The notes beneath the pieces were generated by a model that did not search any database, was not told where the DNA came from, and saw only the letters and a list, made by a program, of their open reading frames with translations. From Chara braunii (taxonomy: Eukaryota > Plantae > Charophyceae), in contig BFEA01000016.1 in assembly GCA_003427395.1 (NCBI GenBank), forward strand, positions 1,520,324-1,584,283: a DNA stretch of 63,960 nt. The letters are read 5' to 3'. Positions within the stretch are counted from its first letter, which is position 1. Each line of letters begins with the position of its first letter. Of this stretch, positions 50,951-62,349 are shown in pieces. The translations under genes were made by a program, and so were the position numbers.

Positions 50951-53170
50951 TTATTAGGGAGCGTCCTAGGCGGACTCAAGCAATCAAGGGCAAACGGTTA
51001 AACTCAATTCTCATTACCTTCTCTCATGTTCACGTCGTGGAACCCTTAGTCCCTACAAAACTACATACAGGCAGGACTTCTCAAAGTTGATTGTAGGCGA
51101 ACAGTAATGGTTATTATGACAATAGGTATAGAAATGGTCATACTCAAGTCAAAAGGAGCGTACTTTAGTAAAACGATGAAGACCCCTTTTATCGGTCCAC
51201 TACTGCTCGAAGCTCACCCTAGTGTATATTTCCCTCATTCGGATCGTGAGAGGAGGCGTATACATCAGCTATGCCGGCCATGCTCTTAAGCGACCGACAA
51301 GGGGGCGAAAACTTCAGGCCTAAATACAATCCATATATCAATTCGCATGTATAGCGCCCATATTCCCATCCTCGCGCCCTCAAAGTCGCTTCTGCTGCCG
51401 CCTCTACCCTTGCCTGCCCACCAAAGCTCTTCTCTATAAGAAACTTAGGCAGGGTGACTCGCAGCGGAGCAGATGGAAGCGCGAATTCTCAACCGCGCTT
51501 GACCTCCACATGGGTTAGTACTTGCTCTTCCCCGTCACGGGACGCTTCCTTCGCCCACTTTGCTGCAGCTGCCTCGGCTACCCTCAGAGGCCTAGCGAGC
51601 AGGCTTCCGTGCCCAAGTGCTAATTCTATCCCATGCTCAACCCAAAAGGTGGCAGATGCATACAGATTCACCCTCACAATTGCGCATTCCGGCTCGTCAT
51701 CGAGCCCAGACTTGATCCAGACAAAGTTGTTTGCGCCCATCAACATGCCCCACCATGAAGAGAAGTACTCTCCTGCTCTGACCCGCTTGGGTAAAGACAT
51801 CTTGAGCCCTCCCTCTTTCTCTATTGGCCCGAGCATACGCGGGTCTTCCCGTGCATAAGGCATCCCGAGTTTCCTTTGCTCAGTCTGGGTTCCGCCCATC
51901 ACAGACAAATGGCCAGCATGTGTCTTCCATTATTAGACAAGCAATCCCTGCTCCTCTAAGAGGAGCGATCCAAACGCACAGACTAAATGGCCAACCACGA
52001 GCCAAATGCTGGACTGGAGACATTCATATAAATTTTCACAGATTGATAAGATTCCAAATATGACCCCAATAAAATAACCCACCCAAAATACTCCCGAAAA
52101 GGCTATCTACTGAGATATATAACTCCACATACTTAGGCGTAGACTAGACTTACAAGGTCTGACATCCATAGATGAGTCCAATATATAACTCAAAATAACA
52201 TCCTCAAAACAAAAGGCCTCAAGCCTTCAGCTTCCTAAGTGGATGGTCCACCCTGGAAAGGTTCAGGCGAAAGTCTAGCATCAATTATTGTCCACCGCTC
52301 CCTTAGAGGCGAGCAGAATAGTCTAAAGGTTAGCTCTTCCATTGCTACTCCAACTCCTTCTAGGATTAGAGGTCCTCTACTTAAAGCAGGTATTTCCTAG
52401 ACTCGCTACGTCCTGTAGCAGAACAACCGCTTAGAATCTAGACTCATCATCTAAGTCCATGCAAGTAATACCCTTAAGCTTTCCTTAACCTACTTCTCCT
52501 CAAAGCGCACAGGCGATTTCTAGCCTAACGCCTAGGAGAGGATGTATACTTTCAACTCTTGACAGAGGAATATTACCTCACTCACCCTTAGATTCATTCT
52601 GATGCAACCGTATTACGATGCTTTCCCGATCGCCCAGACGACTCTGATGGTAGTCAAAGAGAATGCATCATAGGGCTAGCTCTCACAATAGCCATACGTA
52701 ACCTTAGCCCCTTCAAGCACACAAAGCACCGCCCAAGCCTGCCGACTATCGAATCGGGAGAGTTACCAATCCCAAATGCCAACATGCTAGTCAAAACCAG
52801 CGAACTCAAAATCAAAACATTTATCACCCTCGAGTCACTCATACCACATTAATCAAACTCAGGTCGCATCAATCAGAACCCCATCGCACAATCGACCCTC
52901 ACTTCATGCTTTTTATCCAGCACTATCTGCTACCAACCATCCTGTCCAAACCAGTCAATAAAGCAAAAGTGGTCACTTCGCCTGAATCATCAACCTTCCT
53001 CGAATCTAGACCCGATTTTTAAGGACCTCTCTATTCTACGGCGGTTCCAATCAATAGTCAAGATATCAATTGATCACTCATATAGCCCCAACGAAGCTTC
53101 TCATATGCCTATTCTCTCATTTCCAATACCCGGATGTCGTTCCACCAGGGACAACGGTAGGCAACTGTTA

Positions 53171-53188
53171 TCCCCGGCAACGGCGTCA
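53171..53188 (-). promoter_or_regulatory. Primer-binding site complementary to the tRNA-Asp 3' end
   Basis: Minus strand ...CGACA-GG-TGACGCCGTTGCCGGGGA, 1 mismatch to TGGCGCCGTTGCCGGGGA (the PBS of Athila-type Gypsy elements), 2 nt from the LTR end. Confidence 0.88.
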
Positions 53189-53190
53189 CC

Positions 53191-56100
53191 TGTCGAGCGC
53201 ATCGGTCCAACACCGCACCAGGGCAGCGCGGGACCCTCCCGGCCGCGTCACGCAGGAGTTGGAATTAAATCCTTCGTCGCAAAAATATATGGAGCTTCCG
53301 CAAGCCGCTGAGGCTGAGTGCGCAAGCCATACCTCTCGCGAGCCCNTACGACAGGGATAGGGCCTACGCGAGGCACATCTTACCTCCACCTTACGGGAGT
53401 TGTCACCTCCCTTCGGTNGGCGTATCCCNGCCGAGCTACCAGTCCATAGTACCAGAGCTAATCAGTTGCAGTCGCAGAGGTGGACCAGCCGAAGGTGTTT
53501 TCTCGTTCGCTGTAGCATAGGGGGTACGCACGGTAGTACGCCTCTATCGAACCCGCACNCGAACCGGCATCTTGGGGGGTTGAGGTCCCAANCGCGGNTN
53601 GTCGCCGGTCGACTAGGACGCATNNCANACACCACACGCACACCACTCTAACAACCGCAAGACAACAACACACACATANACACGCATACGAAACGACACA
53701 ACCCAAACAACGCGACAACGCTCCTAGCCCCTCGGTAGCCAACCCATAACTTTCCGACGCGGAAATCGAATAGGCGTCACNCGCGAGACTTAGTATAAAA
53801 CCGCGCGGACGGAGGGCCTACTCATATCGTCTAGCAATGCAAACGTACGCAAGCAGTCACAATGATGTCGTACTATGTAGTACCCATACTCATGCGGTCC
53901 TCGTTAATCTCGAGGGTCGCATNCGACACTCAAGTNTCGGCTNACATGCGCCTTGAGGGTTAATCTCTCGACGTTGGACAGCCGCCTTGCGCGGTTGAAG
54001 ACCACATACCCTCTTNTGCACTCTGTGCACAGTGGNTAGTACACAGGTCNATACCTNNGGTGNCAGTCNTTTCCTGCGGCNCTGTGATGAGTCTCACTCC
54101 AGGCCTGGGCGAAAGTCAAGGGGTTTGACTTTGACGGCTGTCACGGACTACAACGTCCAACCATACAACTCTAAAAAGCAAAGGTAAAATGAGAATCCCT
54201 CTTTTCTCTCAAGACNTNACCTGGTGAACCCTTATGCCTAATTACAGTAGGCCTCTCAAANACCCAAGACACNTATAAATATATGAGGGTTAATTATATA
54301 GGACGANCACTTNTCACAATCCCAGTGAGGCTCCTCTCAACCATGTATACATGTAATCGCAGGCAATCATATCTAGAGCCCGATCCACAAACGCACCTGC
54401 AATCACATCAAAGATTCGAACAAANGTCCACGCACTACACGGGGTCAACTTCAACCATTCCTTGCACTCATACTCCTTGCTTTAGCCATACAAACCTCAC
54501 TCTTGTGCAACTCCCCAAAATAACTACTCAGTACTTTAACTNAATGNCCATNNAATAAAGTNCGGGTGAAAANACAATGAANCAGTTCAAANCACAGGGC
54601 TAAAGCCTTTAGGTTGAGTGGCAANAGTGGATTGGAGTTGAATCGCAAACCGACGAATCGNCAACCGACCTGTTATCAGTGATAACAGAAGATGATCCTC
54701 AAGGGATCAAGCTGAATCTAGTCCTGAACTTGAATAAAACGATCAAGAGGACCTGTAACACATGACAGGTCAATGCCCCAGGCTAAACCTATAAGCTCAT
54801 GGAGAATAACCTCCATATCACAATCTCACAAAAATCCTCTTAGTTAATTACATCTAACCCTACCCCTAATCGCGTGTCCAAAGAAAGGTAGACTCATAGC
54901 AGAATCTCTCCTATTTAGAGTAGACTATCAAAATCTCCACCTGTCAAAATGTAATCTGTGGACTACCAGAATCGACACCTGTCAAAATATAATCTATCTC
55001 CTTTAAACTAAGAAACTTTCAGCAGCGCTTCCCGTAGAAAAAGTGTTTTTCCAATTTATATAAGTCCAAATATGAAAGCAGAAATAATCTTCAACTCTTG
55101 GAAAGTCAAATTCTGTCTAACTCCCTGAATTAGTAAAAATTTAGACATCACTCCCTTTAGAAAGAGAGACTTCCATGATTTATACTACGTTAGATATGAA
55201 CTCAAAAGACAACTTGAGTTTAACTTAGACAAGATTTAACTAACTCCTTATTTTTGCAGAAATTTCGGCAGCACTCCCTTTAGAAAAGCGCTTTCCCAAA
55301 ATTTACACAAAGCTAAGTCCAAGATTTGAAAAGAACTTTGACTTCTCAAAGTCCAATTTTGTCTAACTCCCTGAATAAGCAAAAATTTGGGCAGCACTCC
55401 CTGTAGAAAATGATACTTTTCAGATTTTTACTAGGTCAGATATAAAGAAAAGACAAGTTGAACTTTGACAAGTCAAAAATTGACTAACTCCTTGGATTTG
55501 TAGAAATTTCGGCAGCGCTTCCCGTAGAGAAAGTAGCTTACCCTGATTTATACAAAACCAAGTACAAAAAATGATCCAAGAAAATGCGACAATTGACCTA
55601 AGTAAAAAAAAACTATCACAGAAAATGCAGGAATTGAAACTAACTCCTATGGCTCTAGCACACGGCGAGCAGCTACAGCAACTACCTATCAAACTGGAAC
55701 TCGGATAAGTAGTGATCTCACTCAGCCACATGCAAGCCAGATCTTAAAGGTAAGTACTCTCACCATCCCAAAGTATACCTGAACAAACAATAGTTCATGA
55801 TCTTTCAATGATTTAATCCCTTATACCCAACTTACATAAGGCGTAAAGGCAGGTCACCNAAACTTATGGAATGCGNCCAACTTAGCCACTGAATATACAA
55901 AAAANAGAGGGCACAACTACTTTTCTCTTCTTTGGGCATATGACTAGACCACTCNAGTCGCNCTGAACTGNTTAAAGTATCCAGGTTATATATANCTNTC
56001 TTCTNCTTCGTCTTCNAAGNCTGCATATGACTGAACTCAGNCTGCCCCAACTTACNATCGATNTTATTCTTAATTATACTCTCTTCAAGTTGTGATACGG

Positions 56101-58192
56101 CTATAGTCAGACCACCTAAACTTATAGAACAGTCTAATTAGCTCGTTCTTAGATAAGATAGTAATAAGATATAGCCAAGTTATAACCATTGGGTTCCAGC
56201 ATGTGTGAGGCTTTGAGCCAGACCCCCTGAACTTACANAAGGATCTAACTCTCTNCCAAATTCGTTTCNATCTGAGCCATCATGTGNGTGACATTGAGTC
56301 AGANCCCCTGAACTTACAGNAGGGTCTGNCTCTTTGCCAATATTATTTCTTCAGAATAAAGAGNAGGNAGAGACTNAGNCACNTGAACTTACAGAACAAC
56401 TCGGTCTCCNNGTTCAGAAACCANAGAAACAAGTAAAACCCCAATGAAAACAAGGCAACCCAAGGCACCAAAACTTATTGAGCGCCCCGAGTCCCTGAAA
56501 ATCAAGCANNATCAAACCCCTCACATGTCANAGCAGCCAGNCCACCTGAACTTACAGAAAAGTCNGACCCTCCATGCAAACCATATCACTGGGTCTCNCC
56601 NAACTTATGGGGACATCCCAACCTTCAGAGTAATCAGACCCNNTACACTTATAGAAGGGTCTGACTTCTNCATGCAAAAACANAATAAAACAAAGCGCTG
56701 GGGTTCCCCAAACTTATGAGGACTCCCCAGCCTTAACGACCCNGTCAATCATCATACAAATCNTCNCATCATNNTGCCCTTCCCTGATGNAGTTCTTTTC
56801 AACAGTCTGACTTCATNCAACCAANAAAGTTGAAACTGAGACNTGANCAGACATTCCTTTACTTAGTATTGTTCAGTGTCCTGAAAGTCAAACGAAGAAA
56901 CAGAGTAGGGCTGCACCTCATATATTCAGTCAGCGATGCAATAGGCGATACAGGTAGGGGTTATACCTGGGTTTATAGAGAGGAAGCAATGGTTACCTTT
57001 CAGTTCCCTGCCTCCAGAGCCTCGCCTAGGCTCCGGCAGAACTCCCGCAATCGGTGGGTGGACTCCCCACAGAGTCTTGATGCGGTCCTACGGGTTGCAA
57101 TCCCGCCTGCCGCCTTCCTCTCAGAGCCAACAGACTAGACTTAGAGTAAGAAAGGCAGAAGGAGAGGTATTTGGTCTCTTAGATACAAGGAGGGTACGCT
57201 CAGACTCGCGTGAAAGGGCCTCGTTATCTTGGTGCGCCTCAGGGCCCCGCAATAGTAGCCACGGTGCGCCGTAGTCTGGTCAAACCGAAGCCAACCTTCA
57301 GCCGTTTGGCTCTATGACGACCTTTCAGTTCTAGTGATACCTCCATCTGGACAGCCGCAGCCTCTCCACAGCGCCTGCAACACTAAGTACAATGGCCACC
57401 GGCAAATGCACGAGCTCGTGACCTGCTATCGACTACTCCCGTCAGTTAGCAGCACAACGCATCGGCCATCAACATCACCTCCGGTCCTTGGCTCGCCTGC
57501 AGCTAGTCGAAGAGGTAAATGGGCCCCTGGTTATCAGGCAACCGGGCCCTTCCATCAACCATTAGGCCGCTTACTACCCCACAGTATGTCCCTCACTGCT
57601 TCACACGTCCGGGTGCGGTGCACACCGGCTGGGTTGGTAAGTCTTCCAAACCCGTGGAGCAGACCGAATGGCCGAATGGACGACCGAGTGTGGGCTGACC
57701 GCAGGTTCCAGCAGAGTCTGTTGCACTCGAGAATACGAGTAGCCAAGGTTTACCCCAGGAGGTCACAACCAATGAAACAAGGGTAAGCCCAACCTTCATC
57801 CCTCCTCTCCTGCTTCTGCCTTCGGCCTCAAACGATGAGTAGAGTAGCACTGTCGCCCATAAGTAGTCTTCAACCCTGTCCCCCGCTTCCTGCTATTCTG
57901 TGCACCGGAACAAAATGACACTCTGGCCAACAGGTAGGTCCCTAGCCCGTAGTCACTCCTCCACTACCCGTCCGAATCAGGCATACCAGACTGGGAGGGA
58001 TCTTCCACCCACAGTGGCCACACACATCGCCCCGCTCCTTCGCTGACCCACGCAGTCGTGCTCTCTCGTTCAGGCGGACCGATGGAGGAGGGCGTAATGC
58101 CCAACAACGCGGCCAGACTGACGAGCGTAGCCGGGACCACGACCGTGGCAGCAAGTGGTTGCCTTCGGGGAGGTGGCGGAAAGGCGACCGTG
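53191..58192 (-). repeat. 5' LTR of element B, truncated at 58192
   Basis: Near-identical to 39486-44488. Homology stops abruptly and no TSD matches gacgt (39481-39485). Confidence 0.92.
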
Positions 58193-59926
58193 CAACAGAA
58201 AAAAAGTCGGCGAGATAGGCGGGTTTTTAATTTTCCATAATCGTCCATAAACAGGGAGCATGATTTCATGTGCTTACAAACAACTTTTAGTGGGCTTAAA
58301 ATGATTGGGGGGAATTTTTAAATGTTTATCAACACGTTCCAACATGTTTCAACAGGTTTCAACAAATTTCAACCAGATTTCAACTAGCCTCAACTTTCAT
58401 CGTGTTGCACACTTGTGAGTTAAAAAAAAATAAAAAATAAAAAAATGCATATCAAAACCGTAGTGCTATGTACTAGCCATATCCTTATGTACAATATTCC
58501 CTCCCCTATCGTCCCTACCCTCTCTCTACCCCTTTTCTCATGTTGAGTCGAGTAATATTGGACTGGTCAGTAGGTGCCTACTCTTTGTGCTCAGACACAT
58601 TGACTATGTCTATAAATCTAGGCACCTACCGACCCATGTATCACTATCTCGTCCTCTACCCTCCTTCCTCTCTACCTCTTTCCTTAACCAATTGAGCTAG
58701 CCCGCTGTCCTGCGGCCAGCCACGGGAATGTTGGGAAGCGTTTCGGGCCTACTAGCAGAGATTAATCGTTTGGGCCTCCTGGCTGGTTGTGGAAGCATCG
58801 TATGCATTTTCCAGCTTGTGACAAGTTTTAGAGAGGCAGGGTTTGCTCCCCGCATAGAACAGACATGAACCCATAATTGCCTCTGGAACCGAACGAAGAC
58901 TTAAACAATAGGATATGTAGTGTACAACACATGAGTGAAGAATATGGCTTTGTTGGCTATAAGCTTAAACCACCATTACCTTCGATCTTGTTCTTGTCGA
59001 GCCTGATTTTCACTTAGCACTGAGTTTTGCACAATCGGGGCCGTTCCGTCCAAAAAGCAACAAGGTAAAAAAAAAAAGAGAAAAAAAAAGCTTCCTCACG
59101 CCACAATAACCTCCAAATACATTCTGTGAGGTGCTCGTCTGACTGTGCCCTAAGTGAGGGTTGTGTACCAGACAAACAACGAATTAAAAAGAAAAAGAAA
59201 AAAAAACTTCCTTATGCTGTGATTCACGGTGGATACAAGATGCTACAACATTAAGAAGTTACGTGTCGCCCGTGAAATATGCCCTGCCTGGCTGGCAGGG
59301 CACTACAACGACATGAAACCAGAAGAAAATAAAAAAGCAAACCACAACCACACATAGTGGACAGACACGTTCCTCAAAGCATTGGTGTTATGTGCCATGG
59401 AAATGTTCTCTGTGTCGTTCAAATTTTGAATTGAAGATCCAATCGAATCGGACTAGGCTGGTCATCGGGCCGCCCGGGGCCCTAGACGTCGCCCGGGGAG
59501 GGGGCCTGGCTGGTTGTCCCTCCTGGTTGGCCACCGGGCGGTCCCAACGCAAAATGCATGGGAAGGTCTCGAGAGGTCGAATCGGTCCAGGCTGCCCCCC
59601 CAAGGCCGGTAACATACGCCCTCAAAAAAAAAAAAAAAAAATTGTAGGCTGTGCGAAGGCCTTTTTTTGGGTGATCGATTCTAGCTGCCGATCTGCAGAA
59701 ATCAGTGGCTAGGATCGATCATCAAGAGAGGGGGGTGCCATTCGCGAAGTCTAACCAAGCGCGAATGGCAGCCCCTGCCAGCATTCGAACATTCGAACGT
59801 TTCCCTGCTGGCGGGGGCTACCAATCAATCAATCAATCAATAAAAAAAACAAAAACAAAAAAAGAGACTCGCATTTGCCCCGCGTGCGTGAGAGAGTGTT
59901 TGTGTGTTGTCATATTCGCTATACAC

Positions 59927-60353
59927 CTAGGCTACCAGAGTGGCCCGGGACAAGTATATATATATATGAGTCGGTGAAACTCCGACGAAACAGTTTGTCA
60001 CAGCCCCTCGTTTGTTGTCCTCTTCTCCCTCTCTGCCTACGGTTTACCGGGCAGTTCTATTTGACGATATATATATATATATTTTTTTTAATTTACTTTT
60101 TTGTTTTAAATTTTGTACAGAATTTTGATGTGACCCTGAGGCAAACGTTGTTCAGTTTAATTTTTCTGCATGACATAGTTTTTTTTCGGATTTTATCGAT
60201 TTTTGTTCAGTTTAATTTTCTGCATGACATTTTTTTGGGGGGGGATTTCATCGATTTTTTTTTTTTTTATTTTGCTAGGTCCTTCCCTGGTCCTTGCACG
60301 ACCGGGCCGCCCGGGAAAATAGGGTGACCCGGGCGGCCTAGCTGGTAGCCGAG
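59927..60353. mobile_element. MITE, copy 2 (TIR CTMGGCTACCAG, 8-bp TSD ctatacac), with an about 100-bp insertion
   Basis: TSD at 59919-59926 and 60354-60361. Termini CTAGGCTACCAG...CTGGTAGCCGAG. Confidence 0.9.
59966..59997 (+). ncRNA. 5'-truncated hammerhead motif (3' half)
   Basis: ATGA-GTCGG-TGAAACT-CCGAC-GAAA-CAGTTTG, at the start of an insertion flanked by (TA)n. Confidence 0.6.
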
Positions 60354-60382
60354 CTATACACGAAAAATAAACATGACGGTGC

Positions 60383-60439
60383 CAGACTGTTTCGTCGGAC
60401 TTTCACCGACTCATTAGGAGGTTGAACCCCGATAGTCTG
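60383..60439 (-). ncRNA. Type III hammerhead ribozyme fold (variant core)
   Basis: CAGACT-A-T-C^GGGG-TTCAA-CCTC-CTAATGA-GTCGG-TGAAAGT-CCGAC-GAAA-C-AGTCTG. Stems I, II and III all pair. The core has G5>A and stem III has one A.C mismatch. Confidence 0.78.
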
Positions 60440-61186
60440 CCCAGGATTCATTAGGAGCCCTCACATCATCATCATCATCCTTCTTCTCTCTTCCCTGACT
60501 TACACCCACATCTTCCTCCCATACACTCGAAGAGCTCCTCTGCGCCTCACTGTAGACCAAGCCCCAGCCAACTGGGAAAAAAAAAAAAAAAAAAAAGGCT
60601 GGGCTATGGCGCTGCGCTCAGCAGCGCCCTCACTCCCACACGACCGCACGTGCTTGCACGTTGCCTCTCAGCGCCAGCAGCAGCCTACGAACGTCCGCTC
60701 CAGCAGCGCTACCGCTAGCATGCAAGTGCCTGAATGAGGCACCAGGCAGCAAGCTCTTTCCTATAAGGGAAGAGCCTGCCTGCCCCGGCGCCCTGACTGG
60801 TCTGGGCCTCGTAGGCCCTAGGAGGCTGTGCCTCGGTTGCAGTTGCGAGGCCGGTTGGGCCTCCCAACTGTCTGTGTATGAGGCTGCGATTCTTGCCCAG
60901 GGCCTGCATTTTTTTCAGAAAGGTCTGGAGTGCAGTGGAATATCCCTGCTGCTCGGCCTGTGTTTCCCTCAACCAACTGGCACGTCACAACTGCCTGAAC
61001 CCCAAATACGAAATTGGCAGTCGAGGGCCTCTTGTGATTTGTTACGCCCGCCTTCACTTAGGGCGGGCACATCTGCATCAGGGGCCCCTTAGGCCTGCTG
61101 AGGACTCAGATCCTCGCAATATCGTTTCTTATAGTTATTTAATTTGTCTTTTATCCGCTCCCATAGTTATTTTCCATAAGTTATCC

Positions 61187-61258
61187 AGTGGCCTACCTCA
61201 ATTGGCTAGGCACGCAAGTGACATCCAGGAGGTCGTGGGTTCAATCCCCATGGCCGCC
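61187..61258 (+). mobile_element. tRNA-derived SINE head or tRNA pseudogene
   Basis: A-box-like TACCTCAATTGG, B box GGTTCAATCC, T-stem GTGGG/CCCAT, acceptor-like GTGGCC/GGCCGC, degenerate anticodon arm. Confidence 0.65.
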
Positions 61259-62349
61259 TGTAGCACTCTTGGTGCCAGCCAACTGAGATAGTCAACTGGA
61301 TCCTCCCAGTCGGTATCAGTAAGGTCTGCAGCCAACACGGGTGTGAGTGCGTGTGTGAGTGGGTTGAGTGTGGTGTGTGGGAGAGTGTTGGCTTTAGACA
61401 CTACTGTTACTCGATGAGGGTGGGGGAAGATGAAAAGGGAGGCACAGTTACTGGCAAATGCTCGGTCCTTGTGTTAGCCGGGGCCCCACCGGCGGCCCCA
61501 ACCCTGCACCCTAAAACGCTAGGGCAAAGGGGCAAACATCCCCTTACCCCTCTCCACCGAGAGAGGTAACCTCCCTTCACCGAAGAGAGGTAGAAAGCTA
61601 TGCTTGCAGGGGTCCCCTGTATAGCCTTAGGAGTAGTGGTAGACAGGGACAAGAAAGATATGTTCCATGACATGTGAGAGAAAAATATATGGCTGTCCCG
61701 GGGACCTTGTCCCACTAACTCCGTTGAGCTAGTAGGTCAACGTGGGGTTTTCGAGCCTGTGTGACTGTACGCGACAAGGGAGATGCACGTCGTCCAATTC
61801 ATCTAACGGTCCGTTTTTAATAAAAAGGGCAATAAAGACCATCTTCGCTTTTTCTTACAACAAAAAACAGAAATAAATCCTTTCTCTCGAGCACTACTAC
61901 CCCTACCCTCGCCACTTTCTGTTGAACTAGCTGTCTCCTTTTTTCGAGACAGCTAGTTCAACGACCCTCTTGTTCCCCCAACAGGCGTTTTTCAAGAGAA
62001 ACTATACGAGCCTCCTTCCGTTTGCCATTTTTGGACAGGATTCGGGCACCTCTTCATTTACTGCTGTGGAAGTGCCCGTATGCCACTCCAATTGTGAAAA
62101 ATGAAAAACGAGAACAATTGTATTCCTGCCATTTATAAATGCATTTCTCATTTGAAATTGAATTAAAATGATTTTTTTTAGCTGTCGCACCATTGAGCTG
62201 CCTCAACTAAACGGTGCAAGTTGGACAAGGTCCCCGATGAGGACAAAAAAAAATAAAAAAATACATAAGTTCACTTGTTTTTAAGCCCAACCAATTCAAT
62301 TACCTGCCGAATCTGGACAGGACGCTCTTTCAGGCCTTTTTTATTGTCA

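Larger units (their letters stand above)
39486..58192 (-). mobile_element. Large non-autonomous LTR retroelement B (LARD-like, tRNA-Asp primed)
   Basis: 5-kb direct repeats (39486-44488 and 53191-58192), PBS, candidate PPT, gag-like fragments, and no RT, RNase H or integrase ORF. Confidence 0.88.

Noticed and set aside
51489-51908. 139-aa ORF upstream of gag as an extra retroelement gene
   Set aside because: No recognisable motif, short, and in a degenerate region. It cannot be supported without other copies.
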